Source of the DNA: Rikenellaceae bacterium
Lineage (GTDB): Bacteria; Bacteroidota; Bacteroidia; Bacteroidales; Rikenellaceae
Assembly (NCBI GenBank): GCA_031550615.1
Contig: JAVBOL010000009.1
Span: 10,026-74,025, forward strand
Direction: 5' to 3'
Length of the DNA stretch: 64,000 bases
The notes below the pieces were generated by a model. It ran no database searches and was not told the origin of the DNA. It worked only from the letters and a program-made list of their open reading frames with translations. Shown here piece by piece: positions 44,935 through 54,294 of the stretch. The position numbers were made by a program, and so were the translations under genes. Position 1 is the first letter of the stretch; every line of letters begins with the position of its first letter.

Positions 44935-45738
44935 TCATTTTAACGCATAGGCGCGCGAACGTATTGCATCGCACCACGCCTGGGGGCGCTGCCCGTCGGT
45001 GAAACTCTGCCAGGGGACTGGCTCACCTATGTGGATCTCGAACGAGCGGCCACGCTGTCTGAACATCTCGTCGACCAGGTAGAGCATTTCGATATTAGCC
45101 TTGATACCCAGGGCTTTGCGTATATTGGAGAGGCGGTAAAAGAAGTTCGAAAGCTCACCCTCGAAATGCACCGGCACCACGTCGCGGCGGTCTGCCACCG
45201 CGCGACGTATGAAGTTGGGCTTCCAGGGCAGGTCGGTCACCTCACCGCGTATACGGCGCGAACACAGCCCCGCCGGGAAAGTCACCAGCGGCAGGTCGGA
45301 GGCGAACGCCTCGCTGAACATGCGTGCGTACTCGGGATTCTGGCGTCCGTGCTTGTTGACCGGCACGAAAATGGGGGCGAGGGGCGGCAGGTTCATCAGT
45401 ATGTCGTTGACCACCACCCTCACGTCACCGAATTTCTTTGCAATTTCCTCGGCGAGCATCAGGCCGTCCATACCGCCGAAAGGGTGGTTCGAGGCGAAGA
45501 TGTAGCGCCCCGCGGGGTCGAGCCTATCCATGCCGACCGCATGGTGGGAGATCTCCATGCGGCGCAGCACTTCGCGCACGAATTCGAGCGTGGGCAGGTG
45601 GCCCGCCTCGCGCAGGTAAAGGTTTATTTCGTCGACATGCACGATACGCTCCAGGTAGCGCACGGCGAAGCCCGGCAGCCGCACTTTCTTGTCGCGCAGC
45701 ACCGCCCTCAGGTCGATCTGTAAATTTTCAGCAGCCAT
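44935..45738 (-). CDS. glsA: Lysophospholipid (PlsC-family) acyltransferase (OlsA/GlsA-like)
   Basis: NHPFGGMDG (HX4D-type) acyltransferase motif, 267 aa. Confidence 0.65.
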   Translation of the reverse strand: MAAENLQIDLRAVLRDKKVRLPGFAVRYLERIVHVDEINLYLREAGHLPTLEFVREVLRRMEISHHAVGMDRLDPAGRYIFASNHPFGGMDGLMLAEEIAKKFGDVRVVVNDILMNLPPLAPIFVPVNKHGRQNPEYARMFSEAFASDLPLVTFPAGLCSRRIRGEVTDLPWKPNFIRRAVADRRDVVPVHFEGELSNFFYRLSNIRKALGIKANIEMLYLVDEMFRQRGRSFEIHIGEPVPWQSFTDGQRPQAWCDAIRSRAYALK

Positions 45739-45745
45739 CGAAAGG

Positions 45746-45753
45746 CAAAGATA
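45746..45753 (-). promoter_or_regulatory. -7 promoter box (TATCTTTG, minus strand)
   Basis: CAAAGATA on the plus strand, 7 nt upstream of ATG 45738. Confidence 0.45.
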
Positions 45754-45786
45754 ATAAATTATGTATCTTTACGACCTGATTGCCCT

Positions 45787-46680
45787 ATGGAAACCTACCA
45801 CATACCCGTTTTGCTGCACTCTTCGCTCGACCTGCTCGATATAAAGCCGGACGGAGCCTACGCCGACCTGACTTTCGGCGGGGGCGGACACTCGCGCGCC
45901 ATACTGGAGAGGCTCGGTCCCAAGGGGCGCCTGGCGGGTTTCGACCAGGACGCCGACGCGATGGACAACATACCCAACGACCCGCGCTTCACCTTCATCC
46001 GCAGCAACTTCCGCTTCATGCGCGGCGCCCTGCGTGCCAACGGTTTTAGGCAATTGGACGGGGTGCTTGCCGACCTTGGCGTATCCTCCCACCACTTCGA
46101 CACCCCCGAGAGGGGATTTTCATTCCGTTTCGACGCCCCGCTTGACATGCGCATGAACCAGTCCGCCGCACTCACCGCGGAAAAGGTCGTAAACACCTAC
46201 ACCAACGCCGAGCTGCAACGCCTGTTAGGTGAGTGGGGTGAGGTGGAAACGCCGTATAAATCAGCTAATTGCATCGAGCGCGCAAGGCCGTTGCACACCG
46301 TCGGCGAGTTGATCGAGGCGGTCAAACCGTGCACCCCCGCCGCCGACGCCAACAAATACCTCTCCAAGCTCTTCCAGGCCCTGCGCATCGAGGTCAATGG
46401 CGAAATGGAGGCCCTGAAAATGGCCCTCGAACAGAGCCTTCGCATACTCAAGCCCGGCGGACGCCTGGTGGTCATATCATACCACTCACTGGAGGACCGC
46501 ATGACCAAGAATTTCATGCGCTCGGGGCGTTTCGACGGGCAGGTGGAGAAGGATTTCTTCGGTCGCGTGCAGACCCCTTTCGAGGTGATAACCCGTAAGG
46601 CGGTGGCGCCCGGCGAAGAGGAATTGCAAAGAAACCCGCGTTCACGCAGCGCACGTCTGCGCGCGGCAGCCAAACTATAA
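45787..46680 (+). CDS. rsmH: 16S rRNA (cytosine1402-N4)-methyltransferase
   Basis: HIPVLL...DLTFGGGGHS...DLGVSSHHFD motifs. Confidence 0.93.
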   Translation: METYHIPVLLHSSLDLLDIKPDGAYADLTFGGGGHSRAILERLGPKGRLAGFDQDADAMDNIPNDPRFTFIRSNFRFMRGALRANGFRQLDGVLADLGVSSHHFDTPERGFSFRFDAPLDMRMNQSAALTAEKVVNTYTNAELQRLLGEWGEVETPYKSANCIERARPLHTVGELIEAVKPCTPAADANKYLSKLFQALRIEVNGEMEALKMALEQSLRILKPGGRLVVISYHSLEDRMTKNFMRSGRFDGQVEKDFFGRVQTPFEVITRKAVAPGEEELQRNPRSRSARLRAAAKL

Positions 46681-46683
46681 ACG

Positions 46684-47193
46684 ATGGGAAGGCAGGTTAT
46701 CATAGACCCCGAATGGGATACCCCGCCCGTGGCGCAACCCGCCCCGGCGGCTGATGACCCCGTGCCTTTCGACCCCGACCCCGCACCGACGGACATCGAC
46801 CCCCTGCCCCCCGTGCAGGAGCCAGTCGCCCCGCCGCCGCCCGACCCCTTTACCGTGGAGAGGCCCGCGGAGCCATCCTCCGCCGAAAAGTGGCTTGCCG
46901 ACCTGATCTCGGGAGGTTTCCTATCGCGCAAGGAGGTGCGCCGCGCCTATCCTTTCCTGCTGCTGATTGCCTTTCTGATGCTGCTCTACATTTCGGGGCA
47001 ATTCCGCATGCAGCAGCTTCACCGCACCGAGAACAACCTGCAACGGCAGGTCAAGGAGCTGCGCGCCCTGTCGCTCGAACTGGCGGCCAAGCGCATGGAC
47101 TCCACACGCCGCAGTAAGATAATGGAAGACCTCGAACGCCGCGGCATACCGCTCATCGAGCCGGTCGAACCGCCCAAAATAATCGAGCACTGA
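46684..47193 (+). CDS. ftsL: FtsL-like cell division protein with Pro/Asp-rich N-terminal extension
   Basis: Position between rsmH and ftsI. Single TM (YPFLLLIAFLMLLYI) followed by a coiled coil. Confidence 0.65.
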   Translation: MGRQVIIDPEWDTPPVAQPAPAADDPVPFDPDPAPTDIDPLPPVQEPVAPPPPDPFTVERPAEPSSAEKWLADLISGGFLSRKEVRRAYPFLLLIAFLMLLYISGQFRMQQLHRTENNLQRQVKELRALSLELAAKRMDSTRRSKIMEDLERRGIPLIEPVEPPKIIEH

Positions 47194-49598
47194 TGCCGCA
47201 GCAACCCCCCTCGCCCATAAAACGCGACATACTGGTCCGCGTACGGTGGCTCTACGTGCTGTTCATCTGCATGGCGGTGGCCATATTCTGCAAGATACTC
47301 TACACGCAGTACGGTCCCGACGGGGCCGACCTGCGCCGCCGCGCCGTCGAGGTGAGTACGCGCCGGGTCGACATCCCCGCCCAGAGGGGCGACATCGTTG
47401 CGCGCGACCTGCGCACGCTGGCAACGACCATCCCAATGTTCGACGTGCGCATCGACCTGGCCGCCGAGATCATCGACACGACGATGAAAAACCTCGCGAG
47501 GGCCGAGATACGCGCGGCAGCCAAAAAAGAGTCCGACGCGACCGAAAATAAGATATTCAAACAGGAGATCGCCGAGCGGATGCGCCTCAAACTGCGCGAC
47601 CACGCCGCACTCTCGCGCCGCGGGGGCGAGATACTCTCCCTGAAACTGGACACCCTCGCCCGCGGCCTGGCCGCCGTGTTCGACGACCGCCCGGCCTCGT
47701 CCTACCGCAGGATGTTGGGCGAGGCTTTCAAACAGCGCCGCCGCAACCGCAACCTGAAGGTCAACCCCCGCCGCATGGACTTCTCGGAGCTTAAGCGCGT
47801 GATCGCCCTGCCGCTGCTCAACATCAAACGCGTGGATAACAGGGGGCGCACGCTGATCCTGCACATTCCCGTGCGCGGCTGCTCGAAGATCGAGGAAACC
47901 CGCCTTAGGACCCATCCGCTCGGCACGCTGGCGCTGCGTACGCTCGGGGTGGCGCGCGAGGACAGCATAACGCAGATCATCGACGGGGTGGCGCGCCGCA
48001 TGCCCGCGCCCAAACTGGGCGTCGAGGGGGCTTTCGACAAATACCTGCGCGGTGAGGACGGTAACACCCTGCTGCAGATCATCTCGGGCATAGCCACCGT
48101 GCCGGTGCAGCACCCCGACAACCGTGAGCCGGTCGACGGGCAGGACGTGGTGACCACGCTCGACGTCGAATTGCAGGACATCGCCGAAAGGGCGCTGCGC
48201 AACCAGCTGGAAAAAGAGTGCGCCGAGTGGGGCACGGTCGTGCTGATGGAGGTGGCCACAGGCGAGATACACGCCCTGAGCAACCTCACGCGCCACCCCT
48301 CGGGGCGCATCGTGGACGACATGAACTACGCCATAGGCCGCAACATGGAACCCGGCTCGACCTTCAAACTCGCCACGCTGATGACCCTTTTGGACGACGC
48401 GGGGATGGCGCTCACCGATATGGTCGACATACGCGGCAAGCGGGAAACCATAGGCAGGGCCATCGTTGTCGACGACCACGAGATAACCGAGCCGGTGTCG
48501 CTGCGCCGCGTGTTCGAGCTGTCGAGCAACATAGGTTTTTCGAAAACCGTGCATGAGCGCTACGCCGCCGATCCGGCGCGTTTCGTCGACCACGTGTGCG
48601 ACCGCATCGGGCTCGACAAACCGCTGCACATACAGATCCCGGGCAGCCTCGCCCCCGTGATCCGCCATCCGGGCGACACTTACTGGACCAGGAACCTGAC
48701 GCTCGAAAAGATGGCCTACGGCTACTCGTTCGAGATCACGCCAATGCGCACGCTCTGCCTCTACAACGCCGTGGCGAACGGCGGCAGGATGATAAGCCCC
48801 TTGCTGGTCAAAGAGTTAAGACAATACGGACAACCCACGCGCACCTTCCAGAGCCAGACCATCGTGGAGAAGGTCTGCACCGCACCCACGCTGGCCGCCG
48901 TGCGCGAATCGCTCGAAAAGGTCGTCGAAAGCGGCACCGGAACGGGGCTGCGCAACAAAAACTACACGGTGGCGGCCAAGACCGGCACGGCGCAGGTCGC
49001 ATTCCCCCGCAAGCAGACCCCCGGCGGACGCGGCGGTTACGTGGACGTGCACGGCGGACGCCGCTACCTGGCCACCATGGTGGGGTATTTCCCCGCCGAC
49101 AAGCCCAAATATTCGTGTATTGTGGTGATGCAGACCTACTACGGACGGGGTAACTTCCATAATTATTACGGGGCGGGGCTGGCAGGGCCCGTGTTCAAGG
49201 CCGTTTCCGACTTGGTGTTCGCCACGCAACTCTCGTGGCACGAGGGCCTGTCCGAGGGACGCGAACCCATTACCGGGCCGGTGGACATAAAAGGGGGCAA
49301 GGCCGAAGACATCCGCCGCGTGGCCTCGCGCCTGGACCTGCCGCTCGAATCACCCCGCAGCGTGAAAGGCTGGGCGAGGACCGTCGCCGACTCGACCGGC
49401 GTGTACCTGCAGCCAGCCGCACCCCAGGAGGGTAAAGTGCCCGACGTGGTCGGCATGACGCTCGGCGACGCCGTGTACCTGCTGGAAAAACAGGGGCTCA
49501 GGGTGGCCTTCTCGGGACGCGGCAAGGTCGCCTCGCAATCCGTCCCCCCCGGCGCGGCGGCGACCCGTGGACGTGTGGTCAGCCTGAGGCTGGAGTAG
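47193..49598 (+). CDS. ftsI: Penicillin-binding protein (FtsI/PBP3-type transpeptidase) with C-terminal PASTA domain
   Basis: STFKLA, SSN and KTGTA transpeptidase motifs. C-terminal VPDVVGMTLGDAVYLLEKQGL PASTA-like domain. Confidence 0.88.
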   Translation: MPQQPPSPIKRDILVRVRWLYVLFICMAVAIFCKILYTQYGPDGADLRRRAVEVSTRRVDIPAQRGDIVARDLRTLATTIPMFDVRIDLAAEIIDTTMKNLARAEIRAAAKKESDATENKIFKQEIAERMRLKLRDHAALSRRGGEILSLKLDTLARGLAAVFDDRPASSYRRMLGEAFKQRRRNRNLKVNPRRMDFSELKRVIALPLLNIKRVDNRGRTLILHIPVRGCSKIEETRLRTHPLGTLALRTLGVAREDSITQIIDGVARRMPAPKLGVEGAFDKYLRGEDGNTLLQIISGIATVPVQHPDNREPVDGQDVVTTLDVELQDIAERALRNQLEKECAEWGTVVLMEVATGEIHALSNLTRHPSGRIVDDMNYAIGRNMEPGSTFKLATLMTLLDDAGMALTDMVDIRGKRETIGRAIVVDDHEITEPVSLRRVFELSSNIGFSKTVHERYAADPARFVDHVCDRIGLDKPLHIQIPGSLAPVIRHPGDTYWTRNLTLEKMAYGYSFEITPMRTLCLYNAVANGGRMISPLLVKELRQYGQPTRTFQSQTIVEKVCTAPTLAAVRESLEKVVESGTGTGLRNKNYTVAAKTGTAQVAFPRKQTPGGRGGYVDVHGGRRYLATMVGYFPADKPKYSCIVVMQTYYGRGNFHNYYGAGLAGPVFKAVSDLVFATQLSWHEGLSEGREPITGPVDIKGGKAEDIRRVASRLDLPLESPRSVKGWARTVADSTGVYLQPAAPQEGKVPDVVGMTLGDAVYLLEKQGLRVAFSGRGKVASQSVPPGAAATRGRVVSLRLE

Positions 49599-49600
49599 GT

Positions 49601-50377
49601 TTACTCCCCGAACCAGCCCTTGGCCAGGTCCAACTGCCTGTAATCGGTCAGGTCGACCTGTATGGGCACCACAGACGCGTATCCTTCGGACAGCGCGTAA
49701 TTATCAGTGTCGGTAGCTCCCGGCTCAAGGTCGAAAAATCCCCCGTGCAGCCAGAAATAGTCGCGGCCATGCGGGTCCTTGCGGCATTCGAATTCCTCGC
49801 GCCAGTAGCCGTTGTTCTGGCGGCATACGCGTATCCCGCGGACCTTTTCGCCATCGGGCATGACCGGGATATTCACGTTCCAGCACATGGGCGTGGGCGG
49901 ACGCTGTGAGAGCACCTGGCCGATCACCCGCTCGGCGATCTGCTCGGCCTGGGTGAAATCCGCCCGCGGGTCGTGGTCGGTGAGCGAGATGCCCAACGAA
50001 TAGCACCCGTAGAAACTCGCCTCGATGGCTGCGCCCATCGTGCCCGAGTAGAGCACGTTGATCGCGGCGTTCGAACCGTGGTTGATGCCCGAGAGGGCCA
50101 GCACGGGACGCTCGTCGGCCATAAGGTGGTCGAAAGCCATCTTCACGCAATCGACCGGCGTGCCCGAGCAGGAGTAGACCGTAAGGTCCTCCTCGTCGCG
50201 CACCTTGCGCAGGAAAAGGGGCGTGAACATCGTCACGGCATGCGACATTCCCGACTGGTGGTGCTCGGGAGCTACGACCAGCACGCGGCCGAAGCGGCGC
50301 GCCACGCGCACCAGGTGGCGGAGCCCGAGGGCGTTAACCCCGTCGTCGTTGGTGATGAATATGAGTGGTTTTTCCAT
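49601..50377 (-). CDS. surE: 5'/3'-nucleotidase SurE
   Basis: ATG at 50377 (MEKPLIFITNDDGVNALG). GINHGSN motif. Confidence 0.9.
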   Translation of the reverse strand: MEKPLIFITNDDGVNALGLRHLVRVARRFGRVLVVAPEHHQSGMSHAVTMFTPLFLRKVRDEEDLTVYSCSGTPVDCVKMAFDHLMADERPVLALSGINHGSNAAINVLYSGTMGAAIEASFYGCYSLGISLTDHDPRADFTQAEQIAERVIGQVLSQRPPTPMCWNVNIPVMPDGEKVRGIRVCRQNNGYWREEFECRKDPHGRDYFWLHGGFFDLEPGATDTDNYALSEGYASVVPIQVDLTDYRQLDLAKGWFGE

Positions 50378-50458
50378 AATATCGTATCTCGTTACCGGTT
50401 GGCTGTGCACAGCGAAGTTTTTTGTCGTTTCGAGATTTATCTCTGCCGGACAAAAGTG

Positions 50459-50466
50459 CAAAGTTA
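50459..50466 (-). promoter_or_regulatory. -7 promoter box (TAACTTTG, minus strand)
   Basis: CAAAGTTA on the plus strand. The track's TTG start at 50461 lies inside it. Confidence 0.4.
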
Positions 50467-50496
50467 AAAAGATTTGGTAAAATAAAAATTAGGTTA

Positions 50497-50504
50497 TATC
50501 TTTG
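50497..50504 (+). promoter_or_regulatory. -7 promoter box (TATCTTTG) for rplS
   Basis: About 80 nt upstream of ATG 50587. Confidence 0.5.
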
Positions 50505-50586
50505 CCGACCCGCAGGTGAACCTCTTATCGAACAAGGACACAGGAGCCCGTAACGTTCGCCCGCTTAATGAAACACAACAAAGAAA

Positions 50587-50949
50587 ATGGATAACCTGAT
50601 TAAAATCGCCCAGGCGTCGATGTGGCCTGAGAAAGAAGTTCCCGCATTCAAGAGCGGCGACACTATCACCGTAACCTACAAAATCATCGAGGGTAACAAA
50701 GAGCGTCTGCAGTCTTTCCGCGGCGTGGTTATCCAGATCAAAGGACACGGCATCACCAAGATGTTCACCATCCGCAAAGTATCGAACGGCATAGGCGTGG
50801 AGCGTATCTTCCCCCTCTACTCGCCCCACATCGACTCGATCGAAGTAAACAAGGAAGGTGTCGTACGCCGCGCACGCATCTACTACCTGCGCGATCTGAC
50901 CGGTAAGAAGGCACGCATCAAAGAAAAACACTACAGCGCCAAGAAGTAA
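50587..50949 (+). CDS. rplS: 50S ribosomal protein L19
   Basis: [30 protein letters not shown] signature, 120 aa. Confidence 0.95.
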   Translation: MDNLIKIAQASMWPEKEVPAFKSGDTITVTYKIIEGNKERLQSFRGVVIQIKGHGITKMFTIRKVSNGIGVERIFPLYSPHIDSIEVNKEGVVRRARIYYLRDLTGKKARIKEKHYSAKK

Positions 50950-50962
50950 TCTCGGGCATATA

Positions 50963-50999
50963 AAAAAGAAGGCATCCTTTTCCGGGATGCCTTCTTTTT
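50963..50999 (+). terminator. Rho-independent terminator
   Basis: AAAAAGAAGGCATCC-7 nt-GGATGCCTTCTTTTT. Confidence 0.82.
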
Positions 51000-51001
51000 G
51001 C

Positions 51002-51009
51002 TACCTTTG
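51002..51009 (+). promoter_or_regulatory. -7 promoter box (TACCTTTG)
   Basis: 18 nt upstream of ATG 51028. Confidence 0.5.
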
Positions 51010-51027
51010 CCTTAAACATCATTCGCT

Positions 51028-52005
51028 ATGGTACTGCAAATCCTGCTTATCATCTCTATCGTGTTGCAGCTGTTCGCGGCGGTGGTCGCAATCAGCCTGA
51101 TGCGCATGACGCGGTATAACTTTTCGTGGATCCTTTTCACGGTCGCCTTCACGGCGATGTGCTTTCTGCGCGTGGGTGAGTATTGCCATGTGGTGATGGG
51201 TAAGGAGTGGAGGCTGCCCAGCGACTTCTTCGTATGGATCGGGGTGCTTACCTCGCTATGCTTCGCCGTGGGCGTGTTCTTCGTCAAAAAGATCTTCAAC
51301 CTCATACGGCGCCTGGACGTCGAACGGCGCCTGACCGAAAAGCGCATCCTGAATACCGTGGTGCGTACAGAGGAGAAGGAGCGCATGCGTTTCTCGAAAG
51401 ACCTGCACGACGGACTGGGGCCGCTGCTCTCCTCTGCGCGCATGTCGCTCTCGGCGCTGCAGACCGAAGGCCAGAGCCAGGCCAACATGGAGATAATCGG
51501 TAACGTCAACTACGTGATCCAGGAGGCGATGCGTTCGCTGCGCGAAATATCCAACAACCTCAGCCCCCACATACTCAAGGATTTTGGCCTTCGCCGCGGC
51601 ATCGAGAATTTCATCAATAAGTCATTGGCGCTCAATGAGGTCAAAATAAACTTCTCGACCGACCTGCAGGGCGAACGCTTCGATACGGACGTCGAGGTGA
51701 TCCTCTACCGCGTGGTGTGCGAGTTGATAAACAACTCGCTCAAGCACTCGGGATGCAGCGCCATCGACCTCGGGCTGCGCTATGACGGCCAGACCCTTCG
51801 CCTGAGCTATGCCGATAACGGGCGCGGTTTCAACCCGCGCGCCGTGATGGATATCGGCCTGGGGCTGCAAAACATAACCTCGCGCATCAACTCCCTGAAG
51901 GGCCGTTCGCAGATCGAGTCGACCGAAGGCCGCGGGATGGAGGCGCTCATCGAAATAGACCTGCGCAAAACCACCGAATGGAAACGCCGCCGCTCACAAA
52001 AGTAG
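51028..52005 (+). CDS. Sensor histidine kinase (HisKA_3/NarX-DesK type, membrane-embedded sensor)
   Basis: Three to four N-terminal TM helices with almost no external loop. H-box FSKDLHDGLGPLL. HATPase motifs. Confidence 0.85.
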   Translation: MVLQILLIISIVLQLFAAVVAISLMRMTRYNFSWILFTVAFTAMCFLRVGEYCHVVMGKEWRLPSDFFVWIGVLTSLCFAVGVFFVKKIFNLIRRLDVERRLTEKRILNTVVRTEEKERMRFSKDLHDGLGPLLSSARMSLSALQTEGQSQANMEIIGNVNYVIQEAMRSLREISNNLSPHILKDFGLRRGIENFINKSLALNEVKINFSTDLQGERFDTDVEVILYRVVCELINNSLKHSGCSAIDLGLRYDGQTLRLSYADNGRGFNPRAVMDIGLGLQNITSRINSLKGRSQIESTEGRGMEALIEIDLRKTTEWKRRRSQK

Positions 52006-52628
52006 CCCTTGTAGACGACCACGCCCTGTTTAGGGGTGGGTTGCGCGGTCTGCTGCAAGCCAGCGGGCGCTGCCAGGTCGTGCTCGAAGCCGGGAACGGA
52101 AGCGAGTTGATGGAGCAGCTTGCCGCGGGTGAGGGGATCGACGTGGTGCTGCTGGATATAGACATGCCGGTAATGGGAGGTTTCGAAGTGGCGCGCCGCC
52201 TGGGCGCCGAGTATCCCGCAATCAGGATGATAACCCTGTCGATGCACAGCCAGGAAGAGTACTATTTCCGCATGGTATCGCTCGGGGCGAAGGGTTTCCT
52301 GCTTAAGAATTCACAGATCGGCGAGGTCCTGGCGGCCATAGAGACCGTCGCCGCGGGAGGCACATATTTCTCGCAGGAATTGCTTACCATGCTGGTCCGT
52401 TCGCTCCACGCCCCGGCGGCGGAGGGCGCCGCCACGCTCTCGGAGCGCGAAACGGAGATACTGCAACTGATCTGCCGGGGGCTGTCCAATCATGAGATCG
52501 CCGAAAAACTCTTCATCTCCAAGCGCACGGTGGATAAGCACCGGGCGAATATCCTGGAAAAAACCGGCACGAACAACACCGCAAACCTGGTGGTGTTCGC
52601 TATAAAGAATTCGTTGATAACGTTGTAA
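51978..52628 (+). CDS. Response regulator, LuxR/NarL family
   Basis: Receiver domain (VALVDDH...LLDIDMP). C-terminal LuxR HTH (LSERETEILQLICRGLSNHEIAEKLFISKRTV). Confidence 0.88.
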   Translation: METPPLTKVALVDDHALFRGGLRGLLQASGRCQVVLEAGNGSELMEQLAAGEGIDVVLLDIDMPVMGGFEVARRLGAEYPAIRMITLSMHSQEEYYFRMVSLGAKGFLLKNSQIGEVLAAIETVAAGGTYFSQELLTMLVRSLHAPAAEGAATLSERETEILQLICRGLSNHEIAEKLFISKRTVDKHRANILEKTGTNNTANLVVFAIKNSLITL

Positions 52629-52633
52629 GACTT

Positions 52634-53404
52634 TTACATTAATTTCCCGATCAGCGGGGCCAACGTCTCCAGCTGCAGTGAGTTGGGGCCGTCGCTTTTG
52701 GCCGTGTCGGGCGAGGGGTGCACTTCGAAGAAGTAGCCGTTTGCCCCGAACGCCTTGGCAGCCAGAGCCATATTGGGTATGAACTCGCGGTTGCCGCCCG
52801 TAGAGCCTCCTGCCGCGCCGGGACGCTGCACGCTGTGGGTGCAGTCCATGATAACGCGCGGGGTGATGGAGAGCATGTCGGGAATGTTGCGAAAATCGAC
52901 CACCAGGTTATTGTAGCCGTAGACGTTGCCGCGCTCGGTGAGCCATACCTCGTCATTTCCGGCCTCGTGCACCTTCTGTACGGGGTAGAACATATCCTGC
53001 CCTGAGAGGAATTGCGCCTTTTTGACATTCACCGTCTTCCCGGTGCGTGCCGCCGCGACCAGCAGGTCGGTCTGGCGGCAGAGGAAGGCCGGGATCTGGA
53101 TCACGTCGACCACCTCGCCCACCGGCGCTGCCTGGTACGACTCGTGAATGTCGGTCAGAAGCGGCAGGGAGTATTTAGCACCCACATCGGCCAACATGCG
53201 AAGGCCCTTTTCGAGCCCCGGGCCCCGGAATGAAGTGATCGAGGTGCGGTTGGCCTTGTCGAAGGAGGCTTTGAAGATGATCTGCACGCCCAGGCGTTCG
53301 CGTATGGCTGCCAGCTCGGCGGCCACGCGGTCGAGCAATTCGGCGCTCTCGATAACGCACGGACCGGCGATGAAGACGGGTTTTGAGGGGTCGGCTTTAA
53401 ACAT
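52634..53404 (-). CDS. kdsA: 3-deoxy-8-phosphooctulonate synthase
   Basis: AGPCVIES, KASFDKANR and DCTHSVQ motifs. Confidence 0.93.
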   Translation of the reverse strand: MFKADPSKPVFIAGPCVIESAELLDRVAAELAAIRERLGVQIIFKASFDKANRTSITSFRGPGLEKGLRMLADVGAKYSLPLLTDIHESYQAAPVGEVVDVIQIPAFLCRQTDLLVAAARTGKTVNVKKAQFLSGQDMFYPVQKVHEAGNDEVWLTERGNVYGYNNLVVDFRNIPDMLSITPRVIMDCTHSVQRPGAAGGSTGGNREFIPNMALAAKAFGANGYFFEVHPSPDTAKSDGPNSLQLETLAPLIGKLM

Positions 53405-53406
53405 GT

Positions 53407-54291
53407 CTACTGTTTTTCAGCGTTTAACAATATGTTTATGCAATGCTCCAGCGACTCTTCCCACTCGGGGATCTTTATGTTGAAATCGCTCATTACCTTT
53501 GATTTATCCAGCAGCGAGAACTTGGGACGGCGCGCTGGAGTGGGGTATTCGGCGGTCGGCACCGGCAGCACTTTCGCCTCAATGGCCGCTGTGCCCATGA
53601 TCTGCTCGGCGAACAGGAACCACGAGGCGCATCCCAGGTCGGTGTAGTGGTAAACCTCGCCGTAACGCGGCTTGCCCTGCAACTGCGGGATGGCCGTGCG
53701 CATGATGAAGTCCGCCAGATCGCCGGCGTAGGTGGGTGTGCCCCATTGGTCGTCGACCACGCGCACTTCGCCGCGTTCGCGCCCCAGGCGCATCATGGTC
53801 TTTACAAAATTGTTGCCATAGCTGCTGTAAAGCCATGCGGTGCGGATAATTATACTGCGGCATCCGGAGGCTTTGACCGCCTGTTCGCCCTCCAGTTTGG
53901 TCTGTCCGTAGACGCCGAGCGGCGCCGTGGAGTCGCCCTCGCGGTAAAATTCCGAGCCCTCGCCGTCGAAAACGTAGTCGGTCGAAATGTGTATGAGCGT
54001 CGCCCCGGCGTCGCGTGCCGCGCGGGCAAGCACCTCGGGACCCCGGGCGTTGATAAGGCGCGCGGTCGTGGGGTCGCTCTCCGCCTTGTCGACCGCCGTG
54101 TAGGCGGCGCAGTTGACTATCGCCTTTACTTTGTGCCCGGCCAATGCGGCGGCCACGGCCTCAGAAGAGGTGATGTCCAACTCCGCCACATCGGTGGCGA
54201 TGAGTTTGTGCACGCCGGGGTTGGCCTCGGCCCAGCTCCTTATCTCGCTGCCCAACTGTCCGTTGGCGCCGGTTATGAGAATTGTTGCCAT
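53407..54291 (-). CDS. rfbD: dTDP-4-dehydrorhamnose reductase
   Basis: ILITGANGQLG Rossmann motif, STDYVFDG, length 294 aa. Confidence 0.88.
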   Translation of the reverse strand: MATILITGANGQLGSEIRSWAEANPGVHKLIATDVAELDITSSEAVAAALAGHKVKAIVNCAAYTAVDKAESDPTTARLINARGPEVLARAARDAGATLIHISTDYVFDGEGSEFYREGDSTAPLGVYGQTKLEGEQAVKASGCRSIIIRTAWLYSSYGNNFVKTMMRLGRERGEVRVVDDQWGTPTYAGDLADFIMRTAIPQLQGKPRYGEVYHYTDLGCASWFLFAEQIMGTAAIEAKVLPVPTAEYPTPARRPKFSLLDKSKVMSDFNIKIPEWEESLEHCINILLNAEKQ

Positions 54292-54294
54292 TAT

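Noticed and set aside
47019-48668. 549-aa ORF on the minus strand.
   Set aside because: It is antisense to ftsI, whose sense-strand product carries the STFKLA, SSN and KTGTA motifs. The antisense translation is Arg/Ala/Gly/His-rich low-complexity sequence with no motifs. This is the typical long antisense open frame of a GC-rich genome.
50505-50586. Considered an L19 (rplS) autoregulatory leader in the ~80-nt 5' UTR.
   Set aside because: The described L19 leader is a Firmicutes motif. Here I see only a weak CGAAC...GTTCG pairing with a large loop, which is insufficient evidence.
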